Assembly: GCF_009914755.1 (NCBI RefSeq) | Contig: NC_060932.1 | Reading direction: 5' to 3' (one strand) | Origin: the human T2T-CHM13v2.0 reference genome, Homo sapiens | DNA: 64,000 nucleotides | Part shown: one piece after another, positions 1 to 12,045 of the stretch | Numbering within the stretch: position 1 is the stretch's first letter | How the letters are laid out: every line of letters begins with the position of its first letter | Program-made: the position numbers and the translations under genes | Notes under the pieces: generated by a model | What the model saw: only the letters and a program-made list of their open reading frames with translations | Database searches by the model: none | Told to the model about the DNA's origin: nothing

Positions 1-934
1 CCAACAACTTTCCTAAATAAATGAAAAACTATTTTTTTCTAACACAGACAAATACTCTTCACTCTGACTTTTTGCCAGGTGGTTGCGGGGGTCAATTATT
101 TGTGAAAGTGCCAGAAAAACATCTAGTGCTCTATTGACAAGTATTACTGCCCTGGGAATGATGAGTCTTAATTAAAACATTGGCCTGTTCTCCGTTGCCT
201 CTACTCTCTGCAGCCTCAGGATGCATAAACAATTCTCAGAGTAAATGATGGGGCACATACTGAACAGCAGGAACAGCAAAGAGAAATAAAATTATAATGA
301 GCACCCAGGTTACTTCCTATTACTACTTACAATAGCTGTTATATACAAGATGCCCTTTCCCCTCATACATTGGCTTAAAATGTCAAATTTTTAGCTAAGC
401 ATCTCTTTTGGAGAGACTACATTCTACTTTTTTGGATGTTTTGGCTTTACTTGTTTGGTTGGTTGGATTTGGTTCTGTGTTATATTGTGTTATTTGTTTT
501 TATTAACAGCTGCTAGCTGTAGAAGTAATTTCTAAATTAGCTATTGGTGCTGTATGTCAGCTGGACCCAGATCAGGCATTTCAGCTGGTGGCAAACACCT
601 TCCACTGGTCCCTAGTGGTGCTGCCAGCTACCTCCGCTCTGTCACTCTAATCTGGGACTTGAGTGGCATTTTGGAGAGGGTTCATCATCCTAGCAAAGCA
701 GAGGTAAAGAGAATCAGAGCAATTATTCCTCACAAAGGCAACTCTTATTTTTCATGAGATTTTCAGGGTGCCACAGCAATCAGGAATCTTGGATAGGATC
801 ATCTCAGAAGCCATCTCTGATCAATTGGTAGTGGCTTCCTGGAAGAATTCTCAGTGGAACAGGACCCACACCAGTTAATAATGTCTACCCCAAGGACAAG
901 GGAGAGGGGAATGAGGACATGGATGTCGCAGACT

Positions 935-1090
935 TGTAGATCCTAATCTAGTTCCACCCTTTTAACTAAGGCATGACTGAGTGGAAGTCCAGAGAAAGAG
1001 GTGACTGGTGCATGATCACATGGACAGCCACTAGGATATGTGAGCTTAGCACTCACATCTCTTGATTTCTAGGCCAGTTCTTCTCCCATG
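935..1090 (-). mobile_element. MIR SINE fragment
   Basis: GAGGTGACTGGTGCATGATCACATGG resembles the antisense MIR core (GTGACTTGCCCAAGGTCACACAG); heavily diverged. Confidence 0.45.
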
Positions 1091-1534
1091 ATACCCACTT
1101 TTAGCATATAAGGTAAGAAATCCTGCTATGCAGGAAGAAATTCCTGATCAGAATTTCATTTTCCTTAACAACTTTTGGCAGAGGTTCAGGAATAATATCC
1201 AAGAAGCCTGTCTTTGTTCTTCCTCCTTCCTACCCCGGAAGCAATGTCACGTTACAAAAATCACTGCAGATCCCCACACATTAGTGCAGATTTTGACCCT
1301 GGAGTTCCCATTTGACCCCTTCTTCTGCATTGTAGCTGCCCCTCCAGCTCCACACATAGCTCTACTTCTCCTTCCAGCCCCTTCTAATTGAAGATTCCTT
1401 TGGGAAGACTGACCAGACTTGGATTAGCTTCTCACCAAGATGCTGCCATCCAAATAAAAGCTTCATTTAGCAAATATGCACTTGATCTAAGCTCCAAGGA
1501 GAGCCAACCTATCCAGGAAAATGAGTCTCTACAC

Positions 1535-2030
1535 TCAGTCATTCATGTATTCATTAATTTTAAAAACATATTTTGTGCATCCAGTAGGTACCAACTAGTC
1601 TCCCAGGTTCTCGGCTTATAAGAATGAGTATGAGACAGTCCCTAATCTAATTTCAAGCTCCTTAACAGTGGGAGTATCAGAAGAAGCAGGAAAGAAGTAA
1701 TAGCATGGTACCTTTCAGAAACCACAAAGAGCCCAGGAATCTGAGGAGAAGAGATTGAGTTGATTCTAGAGAGTCAAGAGATAGATATCAAACCTATGTT
1801 CTCTGCATTAAGTGTTTGGACTTCAGGTGGAGACAATGGGATTCTGAAAGTTTCAGTTTCATATGCAAGAGACATCCCTTTGGCGGCACTGTAGACCAGG
1901 GAGAGACTGGAGCCAGATAGACCAATTAGCTGCCTATTGCAATAGTCCATATGAGAGATGATAGACCTTCAATATGCAGTAGTGGCAGGGAATGAAGAAG
2001 TCAGTACATAATGAGGAATATATGTGTTAA
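1535..2030 (-). mobile_element. L2 LINE 3' fragment
   Basis: Starts with CATTCATGTATTCATT...CATATTTTGTGCATC and GAGACAGTCCCT, typical of an antisense L2 3' end, followed by purine-rich L2-like sequence. Confidence 0.5.
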
Positions 2031-2857
2031 TGAGGAATATATTTTTTAATAAGGAAAATGAATTGCTCCAATCTTTTCATTTTCCAGGTAACAAAAAATG
2101 GCCAGAGCAACCAACAAATATACCCAAAGGACCTACAGCTTGGACCCAGTCCTGTGAGTTTATTTCACTTTGTGTTTAGAACACGTGTGACGATCTCTTA
2201 TGTTACAAGGATCAAGGAGATCCCCACAGAGCTAAGGACCTATTGGTTCTCATGCCAGGCAATAGTTAGACCACTAACAACTTGAAGCAAGGATTTTATA
2301 TCATGACTTCCTTTCTCCTGCCTTGGCTCCAGACTATGGGTCAGCATGAGTTACACCATAAATGCTCAACAGATTCTTTGGTGCAATCACAACTGGCTTC
2401 ACTGGGGATCTGCTCTGTCAGTCTTTGTCCCTAGAGTTGTGAACCTAGAGGGAAGTGGTCCCCAACCACAGCAATCACCGACAGCACCTGGGGAAAGTGT
2501 GCAGTGGGCCAAATTGCCACAGAGCAGAACACCTGTCACTAGACGTTGCTCTGAAGTGGAATGCTGTTCGGCATCCTCTTGACAAAGTCTCTCAGAGAGT
2601 CTTCTGCCTCTGTTATTTCTACTCAGGCTAGAGAGAACCTTTCTTGATATTCTTGCATGTAACCTCTTTAGACCGACAACACTCTTATTTTACCTGCAAT
2701 TTGCAGCTCTTCAAAGAGATTTTACTTGTGATGTTTTGTCTGTTACATGGAGGAAATAGAGCACTGAAGGTCATTAGGACAGGACTTAGGCTTCCCATTA
2801 GCTGGGTCAATGGGAGAGCTAAAGCCTGGCGAGATTAAGAATGTATCTCAAAGGGAA

Positions 2858-3242
2858 GGTTATTGTTTGAATGTGTTCCTCCAGGCTCGTGTGTTAAAAC
2901 TTGACCCTCAGTGCAAAGGTGTTGAGAAGTGGGGACTTTAAGTGGTGATTATGTCATGAAGGCTCTGCTCTCAAGAATGAATTAACGCCATTATTGTGGG
3001 AGTGGATTCATTATTGGGGGAATGGTTTTCTTATAAAAAGATGAATTTGATCCACTTTGTCTATCTCCCACTCTCTCTTTGCTCTTCCATTATGAGATGA
3101 TAAAGCAAGAAGGCCCTTATCATATGCTGGCCTCTTAATCTTGGACTACCCAGCCTCCAGAACTGTGAGAAATAAATTGCTGTTCATTGTAAACTACCCA
3201 GTCTTCGGTTTCTGTTACAATAGCACAAAACAGACTAAGACA
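2858..3242 (+). mobile_element. MaLR solo LTR, MST family (MSTC/MSTD-like)
   Basis: TTTGAATGTGTTCC start; TTGGACTACCCAGCCTCCAGAACTGTGAGAAATAAATT; terminal CAGACTAAGACA; ~385 bp. Confidence 0.85.
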
Positions 3243-3299
3243 TTGTTGAAACATTTACAACTCCTGCCAAGAATAGTTTGGTTCTGTCCAGCAACATTG

Positions 3300-4140
3300 A
3301 GAATGTACAACCTCTATAAACTGGTAACTCCATTTCCAAGAATGTATTCTTTAAAAAATTCTCAAGTCCACAAGGTACCAGATTATTTCTTGCAATTTTT
3401 TTCATAGTGAAAAAGACAGAAACAATATAACTGTCAATTACATGGGGGAATGAATTTAAAATATGTTATATCAATATGGTGGAATATTATGCAGCCATTA
3501 AAAGAACTAAAGCAGAATGTATATATCCATAAGGACAGAATTCAAGAAATGTAGGGCTGAAAATTGAAACAAATTTTGGAATGATTACAGGATATGATAC
3601 ATTTTTATAGCTTAAAACAAAGCTAATATTATATATCAGATTTGGCAAACTTTTCTATAAAGGACAAAGAGTAAATATTATAGGTTTAGTAGGCCACATA
3701 CAGACTCTGTAGTATATTATTTGTGTTTGTTTGTTTTACAGCTCTTTAAAGTGTGACAACCATTCTTAGCTTGGAATCCTTACAAAAGCAAGTCATGAAT
3801 TGGATTTGTCTCACAGGCCATAATCTGCTGATTCCTGCTACGTACTGGTTGATACACGTATTTGTACATAAAAGTATAAGAAAAGATAAAATATATACAG
3901 AGAAGACTATATATACTGTATACCTCTATATAGAGTTAATAGTACTTACCTCTGAGGAGACATGGAAGACAACAGGAATGGGATGTAGGACATACAGTCA
4001 CATTTATTTCATTTATTAAAGATCTAAAGCAGATATGAAGAAAAACCATTACCAATTCAGTTTTAGATAATGGGTGCAAGATACTTTGTTTTTATTATTC
4101 TTCATGATTTTCTGCTTAAAAATATTTTCCAAATAAAAGA
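3300..4140 (+). mobile_element. Ancient L1 (L1ME-like) 3' fragment, interrupted by MER58
   Basis: GGAATATTATGCAGCCATTAAAAGAA L1 3' motif and A-rich L1ME-like sequence on both sides of the MER58. Confidence 0.5.
3637..3837 (+). mobile_element. MER58 (MER58C-like) hAT-Charlie DNA transposon
   Basis: CAG..TTGGCAAACTTTTCTATAAAGG..AGTAAATATT start; ACCATTCTTAGCT; GGCCATAATCTGCTGATTCCTG terminal repeat. Confidence 0.75.
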
Positions 4141-4226
4141 ATGCATAAGAAAAAAGCAGTCATTCAAGTCTTTTGTTCAATATCACAGCTCCTGCTTTGC
4201 TCGGATGCACAATGTTACTCAGATAA

Positions 4227-4480
4227 CTCATTCATTCTTTTTTGCATGCAGCAAATATTCACAGAACATATACCCTGAATCAGGAGCTCTGCCTTGTGCT
4301 GTGAGAAGTATCAGATTCAGTCAGACATGCAGATGTGGACCCAGCCCTCAAGAGGTTGAAAGTCAGAAGACTCACACCCCCGTAGCACCACACACAGCAA
4401 GCAATGACATTTGCCAAGAGAAATGCTCAGGCCACGTCCTGTGGGCACTCATTGCTGCATCATGAGAGGCCCAAACTTCC
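4227..4480 (-). mobile_element. L2 LINE 3' fragment
   Basis: CTCATTCATTC...AGCAAATATTCACAGAACA...CCCAGCCCTCAAGAGG antisense L2 tail pattern. Confidence 0.5.
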
Positions 4481-7214
4481 GCACCTGGGATGCTAGGCCT
4501 GGCATCAAAGATAATGGAAAGACTCTGCATAGGTATGAGCAAGAACATGGTATGAGCAGGGAGGTTCTTTGTTCGTTAAATTTTATTTTTAAGTAGTATA
4601 TTTGTGAATAAGAGAAAAGAGAGACACAAAGCAGAAAGACAAGCCAGACATGCAGAGCTTTTGAGAAGGGTGGAGTACTGGCTGCCTTGGGGAGGCAGCT
4701 GGAGGCTCTGAACACCCATTCCCAATAGCTATTGCCAACTGAGGCAGCTGAGCAGGGGCCCAAACTGGGAGAAATCCCACTTAAAGAAAAAGAAGCCACG
4801 GGAAGGGGAGGACACAGCAGTTGCTGGATGGGGACTGAGGTGCGGGGTGTGAGTGATCAGAGCAAGCAGGAGGGTCCATGTGCAGACCCCGGGGCTAAGG
4901 CCTGCCTCATGGCAGCTACCATCAAAGCCAGGCTTTGATTGTTAAAAACAATTCACCTTTCGAGAAGAATTTACAGGAGCATGGAAAGCACAGGAACGTG
5001 CCAGTAGCTCACTGGGCAATGCCATTTGTACATCTAAATCCTCATTTGTGCAGCCCATTGGCAAAGATTCTGACTCCACGTGCTTTGGCCAAGAGGATTT
5101 CTTTCTGAAGCTGATGCAACATGTGCAGAGCCTGGCCATTTGCCCAGCTTTCTTCCTTCTGTAAAGTCTGCTTTTGTTTTTATTGTTAATTTTGTTTTTT
5201 AATGTTTCTTTTGTCTTTTCTCAGTCTCCTTGTCTAGAGGCACTATGTGGCCTCTGTCAGTTGCTCTGATATTTCCAGCCAAGTCACAAAAGCACAGATG
5301 TAAGAGGAAAATCCAAAAAAATCACTGAAATGAGGTATTTACTCCACAGTAGTCTCCTTTTCAGGGGCTATTCAGAGATGAGAGAATGAGCATGAAAATA
5401 ATTTATAAATTATAAAGGAATATCCCCCAAAGGTACTATTCTTTTATTAAGTGGCATAAAGGAAAAAATAGAGCATCTCTAAACTCTGAGATATAACCAA
5501 GTAAAATCAACATGTAGTGAATGAGATCAGATACCTTCAGAAGCCTATGTTCAACTGAACCATTTCTTCGGGAAAATGCAGAAGGAACAAGACCCTGGCA
5601 ATCTACTCACACGTCCTCTTAACTGCAAGAAAAACTAAAAGAAAAAAGTCTTAAGTGCAAGAAAATCAGAGATGTGAATGTATCTGAGAAAAAAATACTG
5701 AAATAAAAATGGATTTTGTGTGAGAGGAAGCTTGGGAGAGAGAAGACAATGAACATTTACCTCTTCCAACAAGGTGGAATCAGGGGTACTCCCACTTAGT
5801 TGGACCATTTTAGGAAAGTTGGGTTCTTGGGGCTGAAATCAAGGTCAGAAAAATTATTAACTAAAATTGTACATCAGATACATAGTCCTAGAGAGAACCA
5901 AGGGAAGAGCTGAGAGATCCAAGATCAGTTCAGTGACTAATAGCAAACAAAATATAACTAAATTGGAGGTTGAAAAGCAACAGCCTAGAGGCAGGCAGAC
6001 TTTGTAAGGTGTGAGATGCCAGAAGTAATTTAGGATTGTCCTATCTTGACTTTCCTTGCCAACTGAATCAGCGCAGTGTAAATACAAGGTCACAAAGCAC
6101 CAATAGCAGTAATTGAGAGTCTTCAGCTCTGTCTGAAACAAAGTGCCTTTTGATTAGAAGGTTAAGTATAATTTAACCCCCCTTAACAGGTATCACTCCA
6201 TTTTAAAGAGAGTTTATTCAATGTATGTTCATTAAGGTACATACATTAAGGAATCCTCAGATTTATTTGCCTGTGGTTTCAGCAAGAAACATGTTCACCA
6301 GAGGACTCAAAAATCTTATGCTGTCAAGACATTTTTTTCTTTCTCATTTTAAATTAATAAATGGACATCTTGGTGTTTGCATTGTTCTCAATTGATTTCA
6401 TTAGCATGGGATGCATGTTACAAATAAGCCGAATTTCCAAATGGGAAAACTCAAGGACCAGCTTCTGAAACAAGGAAATGATCAACATGGGGGTTCAGTC
6501 ACCTTGTAAGTCAGGACCCTCAGGCAGAAGTTCTATGGATAATTCATAACAAATCAACTAGGATAAGATTTGTCTTCTGGCCATGCATAACCACTGTCGA
6601 CCTATGTTTCATCTGAATGATCTCAGGCTAGTTTCTTCACCTTTCTATGCTATTCGAATGCATAGAAAATTCAGTTTCTTCAAATGCAACACAGGCTGAT
6701 AATGCTTACATTTCTTTACAGAGTGCTCAGTAAAGATCTTGCAATATTATAGATGTTTAAAATATTCCAGTTTTCCTTGATTGAATTAAGAGATAACCTG
6801 TTAATTTGATGCCCAAACTGCCAAAGAGCAGCAAGATCTCAAAAATGCCACTGACTGTCTGGCTAACCATGCCTCAGATTGGCAGGTGCCATTAAATATT
6901 TTAATCAAGTCTTTATGTAAATTTTGACCTAATATAATGCAGCCAAACTTTTATTTTCATTTCATGACATTAACCAATATATCTTAGGGTGATTAAAATA
7001 TGCAATCTGCTAACTAATTAAGGACTAATTAGTCAACTTGTATATTTATGAATGTTTCCAGTTTTTAAATTGCTGGCCTATGGAGTCCTGGGAAATATTT
7101 GTGCCTGTCAACAGATTGAAAAATATCAGAACACTGGATGACAGAGCAGTGATACTAGAGATTGGATGATAATAATCCTTTATGTCTAAATAGCTTGTCA
7201 AAGTATACATATAA

Positions 7215-7509
7215 GGCTGGGCATGGTGGCTCATGCCTGTAACCCCAGCACTTTGGGAGTCCAACGCTGGCAGATCACCTGAGGTCACGAGTTCAAGGAC
7301 AGCCTGGCCAACATGGTGAAGCCCTGTCTCTACTAAAAATACAAAAAATTAGCTGGGTGTGGTTAGTGCACCTGTAATCCCAACTACTTGGGGGGCTGAG
7401 GCAGGAGAATTGCTTGAACCCAGGAGACAGAGGCTGCAGTGAGCCAAGATTGCATGCCATTGCACTCCAGCCTGGGTGACAGAGTGAGACTCCATCTCAA
7501 GGAAAAAAA
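7215..7509 (+). mobile_element. Alu SINE, AluS (Sx/Sz-like), full length
   Basis: GGCTGGGCATGGTGGCTCA...GATCACCTGAGGTC...TACTAAAAATACAAAAA linker...GACTCCATCTC plus short A tail; degenerate TSD AAAGTATACATATA / AAATGTATACATGTA. Confidence 0.97.
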
Positions 7510-7596
7510 TGTATACATGTAGCCTTTCTATCTACATTATCTTATTTGGTTTTCACTATATCTTATGAGATAAGCATATATTGGGAATTTTTTTAA

Positions 7597-7720
7597 CCTG
7601 GCATTGGTGCCTGACATATGTATGCTCTCAATAAGTGTTGACTGAAAGAATTAAATGAATGAATACTGAATGCTCAATAAATGTAGGAAAGATGGATGGA
7701 TGGATGGATGAGTGGATAGG
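7597..7720 (+). mobile_element. L2 3' terminus with (GAAT/GGAT)n tail
   Basis: GTGCCTGACATAT...CTCAATAAGTGTTGACTGAA...GAATGAAT, then GATGGATGGATG. Confidence 0.55.
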
Positions 7721-8481
7721 TATAATTTACTCAAGAGTAAAAGGCTATACACTTTGATCTTCTGAGGCTATCTTATCTCCCCGACTTGACTGATCTTGTA
7801 GAGACACGTTGAATTTTATAGCCACTGTATATGTCACAATGTGTAACCTTGTGTTTTGTTCTCAATGAACTGGTAATGCCAGTGTTAGTGGATTTGTACA
7901 CCTACTTCCAAACATAGCAATATCCATAGAATATTGTTACTTATAATATTTTGTTCTCCCTTTTCCTAACACTTCTGGAAATTTGCAACTTCACTTTTAT
8001 CCAAAATTATATGGTTAATCTTTGATATAATACAATACTAAAATAACAGCTAATATATGAAGTTGGAAACCCTATTTTTTTCCTTGCACTTCTAATTTCC
8101 TATGAGTAGATTCTGGCTGTGTGATGATGGTTGAACACGTAAAAAGGAGAAATTATTTTGGTCTTTCTTGATGTTATGGAACTCCTTGAAACATAGGTTA
8201 CAATTAATTTCTGAGAGATTCTATTCCCCACTGGCATAAAATCCATTACCTTCCTTACTCCATGCCAGATGCCTCAGTGGCTCTCAGACTGTCTTCTTCT
8301 TGCTGCAAAACTGGCCTAGGGACAGGCACTCACTTTTTCTTTCTTCATTTGTGTCAGTCACATCATTATTTTTCCTTTTTCCTGGAATTTTTCTGATCTA
8401 CTGCTTTTCTGCCAAGTGTATGGTTTATTTCACTGACTGCCTTTATCTCTGAAGAATCCAGACTTCTTTCCCTCTAGAGAA

Positions 8482-8668
8482 ATAGTTCTCACTCCTGTCT
8501 TCATTATACAAACTCCTACAGAGCTTTTTAAGATGCCAATGCTTGGGGACTTACACCCTGAAATTCCAACTCATTTGGTCCTGAATGGAGCCAGAGGATT
8601 CACATTAAACAAAACAGACAGAACTTTCTTAGATTTTTCTAATGGATAGCCAAGGTTAAGAACCATTG
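8482..8668. mobile_element. MER5A hAT-Charlie element
   Basis: AGTTCTCA start and TCTAATGGATAGCCAAGGTTAAGAACCATTG end; ~190 bp. Confidence 0.6.
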
Positions 8669-8782
8669 CTATAGCATAGAGCATTCTGCAGTGCACAGTC
8701 ACACATATTTGAAGAGTTGAAGTAATAACAAATGATTGTTCATTTCTGATTGAATAAAAGGAAAGCCATAGGCATAACCCAC

Positions 8783-9140
8783 TGTATCAGTCAGCATTGT
8801 AGAAACCATGCGACTATAACAAATAAGCCCCCAAACATCTCAGTGGGTTAGAGCAATAAAGGTTTATTTCTGACCCATGTTATATGCCCATCACAGTGGA
8901 CTGTCCTCTGATCCTCATTTTCTTCCTTCCAGAACAAAGGCTGAAGGAGCATCCCTTACCTGGGAATTGATGTTCTATGGGTAGAATGAATAAAGGCACA
9001 AAAGGATCATGCAATGGTTCTTAAAGCTTCTGCTCAGAACTGGTCTATATGACTTCTTACATTTTATTTTTATTTTATTTTATTTTATTTTCTTGCCCAA
9101 AGTAAGGCTAGACCCAGCCGAGAAAATGAGAACGTACAAT
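8783..9140 (-). mobile_element. Old MaLR LTR (MLT1K/L-like)
   Basis: TGTATCAGTCAG start, AACAAATAAGCCCCCAAACATCTCAGTGG..AATAAAGGTTTATTTCT, GGCTGAAGGAGCA, CTTAAAGCTTCTGCTCAGAA. Confidence 0.6.
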
Positions 9141-9699
9141 ATTCTCCAAGAGAACTTCGGACACCAAGGCCATGGCACTGACTTGACTAAGTAAAAGGTA
9201 TTGAATGAAGGTTTCGTTTTTCAAGAGAAAAGTGATCACTGCACTTTTAAAAGTAAAATCAGAGGGGAAGGTTTAGGAGTAAACTCTGTATCCATCATAG
9301 CCTCAAAGAGGCTATGAATAGACACTCAAGTTGTGTTTCATGATGGATTTTGAGGAAGATATCAAGAATATTGAGGTTGTGGTGAGAGATAAATAAGAGG
9401 CAGAAGGATAAATGTATTTACTCCCTTTTTCAGCCTTTTAAAAGTTACAAATCCTGAATGATTACCAGTCCATTTAAGGTGTACATCTCTCTATGGATGC
9501 TGCTTAAATGCAGCCCCAGAGTTCTGGCAACAGGTAACATATATTCCAGAACCAAACAACATGAAAAAGAAGAGGTCGTCCAAAGGAGTAAAACTTTTGA
9601 AAGTTCATCCTAGGAAATGAATGGAGCAAACGTTTGCTGCAAATACATGCCCTTTGAAGGGAGGCAGCTCTCCTATATCCAGAATTCCATCAGGCATGG

Positions 9700-9890
9700 G
9701 CTCTGAGCTTATCACCCAACTGACCAGCTCCTCCTCGATGTCCTTCAGCAAGCCACATACACCTTCAAGCCTCAATTTTCTCTTACAGAAAGCAGTATTT
9801 CACCTGCTTTATTGGATTGGTAAAATAATCATAGTAAGTGATAACAATGTGTGTGAAAGTCTAACACAGAAAAAGGTTTCAATGGTAGCA
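9700..9890 (+). mobile_element. MIR SINE fragment
   Basis: CAGCAAGCCACATAC..AAGCCTCAATTTTCTC and GATAACAATGTGTGTGAAAG. Confidence 0.5.
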
Positions 9891-9919
9891 ATCGATGGTT
9901 GTTGTTTTTATTTTTGTTG

Positions 9920-10340
9920 TTCACCCTCATAATCCTGAAAGGTAGACAAGGCAGATATTAGATTACAGTTGGCCCCACTTATCTGTGGGGGATACCTCCC
10001 AAGACCCCCAGTGGATGCCTAAAGCCATGACAGTACCAAACTTTATATATACTGTTTTTTCTCTATATACACATCTATAATAAAGTCTACTTTATAAATT
10101 ATTCACAGTAAGAGATTAACAGCAATAACTCTAATAATAAAATAGAGCATTTATAACAATACTCAGAATGATGTGCAATTTAAAACCTAAGAGTTGTTTA
10201 CTTCTGAAAATTTCCATCTAATATTTTCAGACTACAGGAAGTGAAACTGCAAATGAAGGGGAAGTACTAGATACATATTTTACAAAAGAAGAAACTATAA
10301 TTTTAAGAAGAAAGTGACTTTCCCAAGGTCACACATCTTG
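9920..10340 (-). mobile_element. MIR SINE split by MER44
   Basis: CCTCATAATCCTGAAAGGTAG before the insertion; ATTTTACAAAAGAAGAAACT...GTGACTTTCCCAAGGTCACAC after it. Confidence 0.6.
9966..10270 (-). mobile_element. MER44 (MER44A-like) TcMar-Tigger MITE
   Basis: TA|CAGTTGGCCCCACTTATCTGTGGGGGATAC..CCAAGACCCCCAGTGGATGCCT matches the MER44 terminus; degenerate TIR GAAGGGGAAGTACTAG at the other end. Confidence 0.8.
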
Positions 10341-10428
10341 GCACTCTGCAAAAGGAATGAAATGACCCGTCATCATTTTCTGTCCATAGAGTAATTATGG
10401 GTTTTTTTTTAATTTTCTTATTTCTGAT

Positions 10429-11255
10429 GCAACTGCAACAAAAACGAAAATTGATAGATGGGACCTAATCAAACTAAAGAGTTTATGCACAGCAAATGAA
10501 ACTATCAACAGAATAAACAGGCAACCTACAGAACGAGAAAAAATATTTGCAAACTATGCATCTAACAAAGGTCTAATATCTACAATCTATAAGGAATGTA
10601 AACAATTCAATGAGAAAAAAACAAATAACTCCATTAAAAAGTGGGCAAAAGACAGAACAGACCCTTTTCAAAAGAAGACACACGTGTGGCCAACAAACAT
10701 ATGAAAAAATGCTCAACATCACGAACCATCAGAGAAATGCAAATCAAAACCATCTCACACCAGTCAGAATAATTATTATTAAAAAGTCAAAAAAAAAAAA
10801 ACAATCCATGCTGGCAAGGCTACGGAGAAAAGGAAACACACGCTTTTGGTGGGAATGTAAATTAGCTCAGCCACTGTGGAAACAGTTTGAAGATGTCTCA
10901 AAGAACTTCAGACAGAACTATCAATTGATCCAGAAATCCCATTACTGGGCATATAGCCAAAAGAAAAGAAATCATTTTACCGAAAAGACACAGGCACTCA
11001 CATGTTTATTGCAACATGATTCACAATAGGAAAGCTATGGAATCAACCTATGTGCCCATCCATGGTGGATTGAATAAAGAAAATATGGGCCGGGTGCAGT
11101 GGCTCAGGCCTGTAATCCCAGTACTTTGGGAGGCCGAGGCGGGCAGATCACGAGATCAGGAGATGCATCACACAATACACCCTCGTAACAACCTGCACAT
11201 GTACCCCTTGAATCTAAAATAAAAGTTGAAATTATAAAAAATAAAATAAAAACAA
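10429..11255 (+). mobile_element. 5'-truncated L1 (old primate, L1PA15-17/L1PB4-like): ORF2 end plus 3' UTR with internal deletion
   Basis: ORF2 C-terminal sequence (GGGACCTAATCAAACTAAAGAG, GAAATGCAAATCAAAACCA); 3' end AACCTGCACATGTACCCCTTGAATCTAAAATAAAAG plus A tail. Confidence 0.9.
11088..11164 (+). mobile_element. Alu 5' fragment (AluSc/Y type), 77 bp
   Basis: GGCCGGGTGCAGTGGCTCA...GATCACGAGATCAGGAGAT (2-nt deletion seen in the Sg/Sc/Y lineage), then an abrupt return to L1. Confidence 0.9.
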
Positions 11256-11844
11256 ATTTAAAATAATTTCTTAATTTTGAAAAGTGCTGACAATATGATA
11301 TTCAGTGGAACAAAAGCAAAGAACTACATATACATTAAAATGTTTACATTTATGCAAAATAAACCCATTTCTCTCTAATTATATTTGTCTGTCTAATGAG
11401 TGCAGTAATTCTTTTAAAGCAGTTAACGCAATCCCTAGCACATTAAAAACACTAAGTAAATCAGCTACTACCCTTATCAGTGTTATTGTTACTAGCTATG
11501 CATACAAAAAGATAAAAAAGAAATATGTCAACAGGTTAAAAATGCTTATTTCTCAATCGAGAAATTAGCAGTAATTATATTTTATGGTTTTCAATATTTT
11601 CCAACATTGCCATGATGTGTATGTCTTTTAGAATAAAAACAGAAATATATATTTGTTTGTCACACATAATTTGCTGAATTTGTTATATAAAACACAGAAT
11701 GAACATAGATTAAATGAAAGATAAATATTTCATATTGAGGTAAGACAGAACTTTCTATCAGTGAGGTAGGTCCAGAAAGGAAAGAAATCGCTAAGAAGAC
11801 AGTGAGCTACCCATCCTTAAAAATGAGCATTGAAAAACTGCTCT

Positions 11845-11980
11845 TGAAAAAATACTCTTGGGTATTATGCTGGTTATCTGGATGACAAAATTATCTGTAC
11901 ACCAAAACGCTATGATATGCAATTTACTCATGTAACAAACCTGCACATGTACCCCTTGAACTTAAAAGTTGGAAAGTAAA
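11845..11980 (+). mobile_element. Short L1PA (L1PA15/16-like) 3' terminus
   Basis: ATCTGTACACCAAAAC..ATGCAATTTACTCATGTAACAAACCTGCACATGTACCCCTTGAACTTAAAAGTTGG. Confidence 0.85.
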
Positions 11981-12045
11981 TATATATATATTATATATAT
12001 AATATAATATATAATAAGTGTAATAAAATATATATTTTTTTTTAA
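11980..12045. repeat. TA-rich low-complexity tract
   Basis: TATATATATATTATATATATAATATAATATATAA... Confidence 0.85.

Noticed and set aside
575-630. CTCF-like motifs TCAGCTGGTGGCA (+) and CCACTAGGGACCAG (-)
   Set aside because: Each has two mismatches at core positions; not supportable without ChIP data.
4070-4799. 131-aa and 116-aa ORFs
   Set aside because: They overlap decayed L1ME/L2 and low-information sequence, with no domain resemblance; length is within chance.
5535-5650. Minus-strand acceptor CTTTTAGTTTTTCTTGCAG near 5624
   Set aside because: Available donors give either a ~12-nt exon or a weak GTATCT site.
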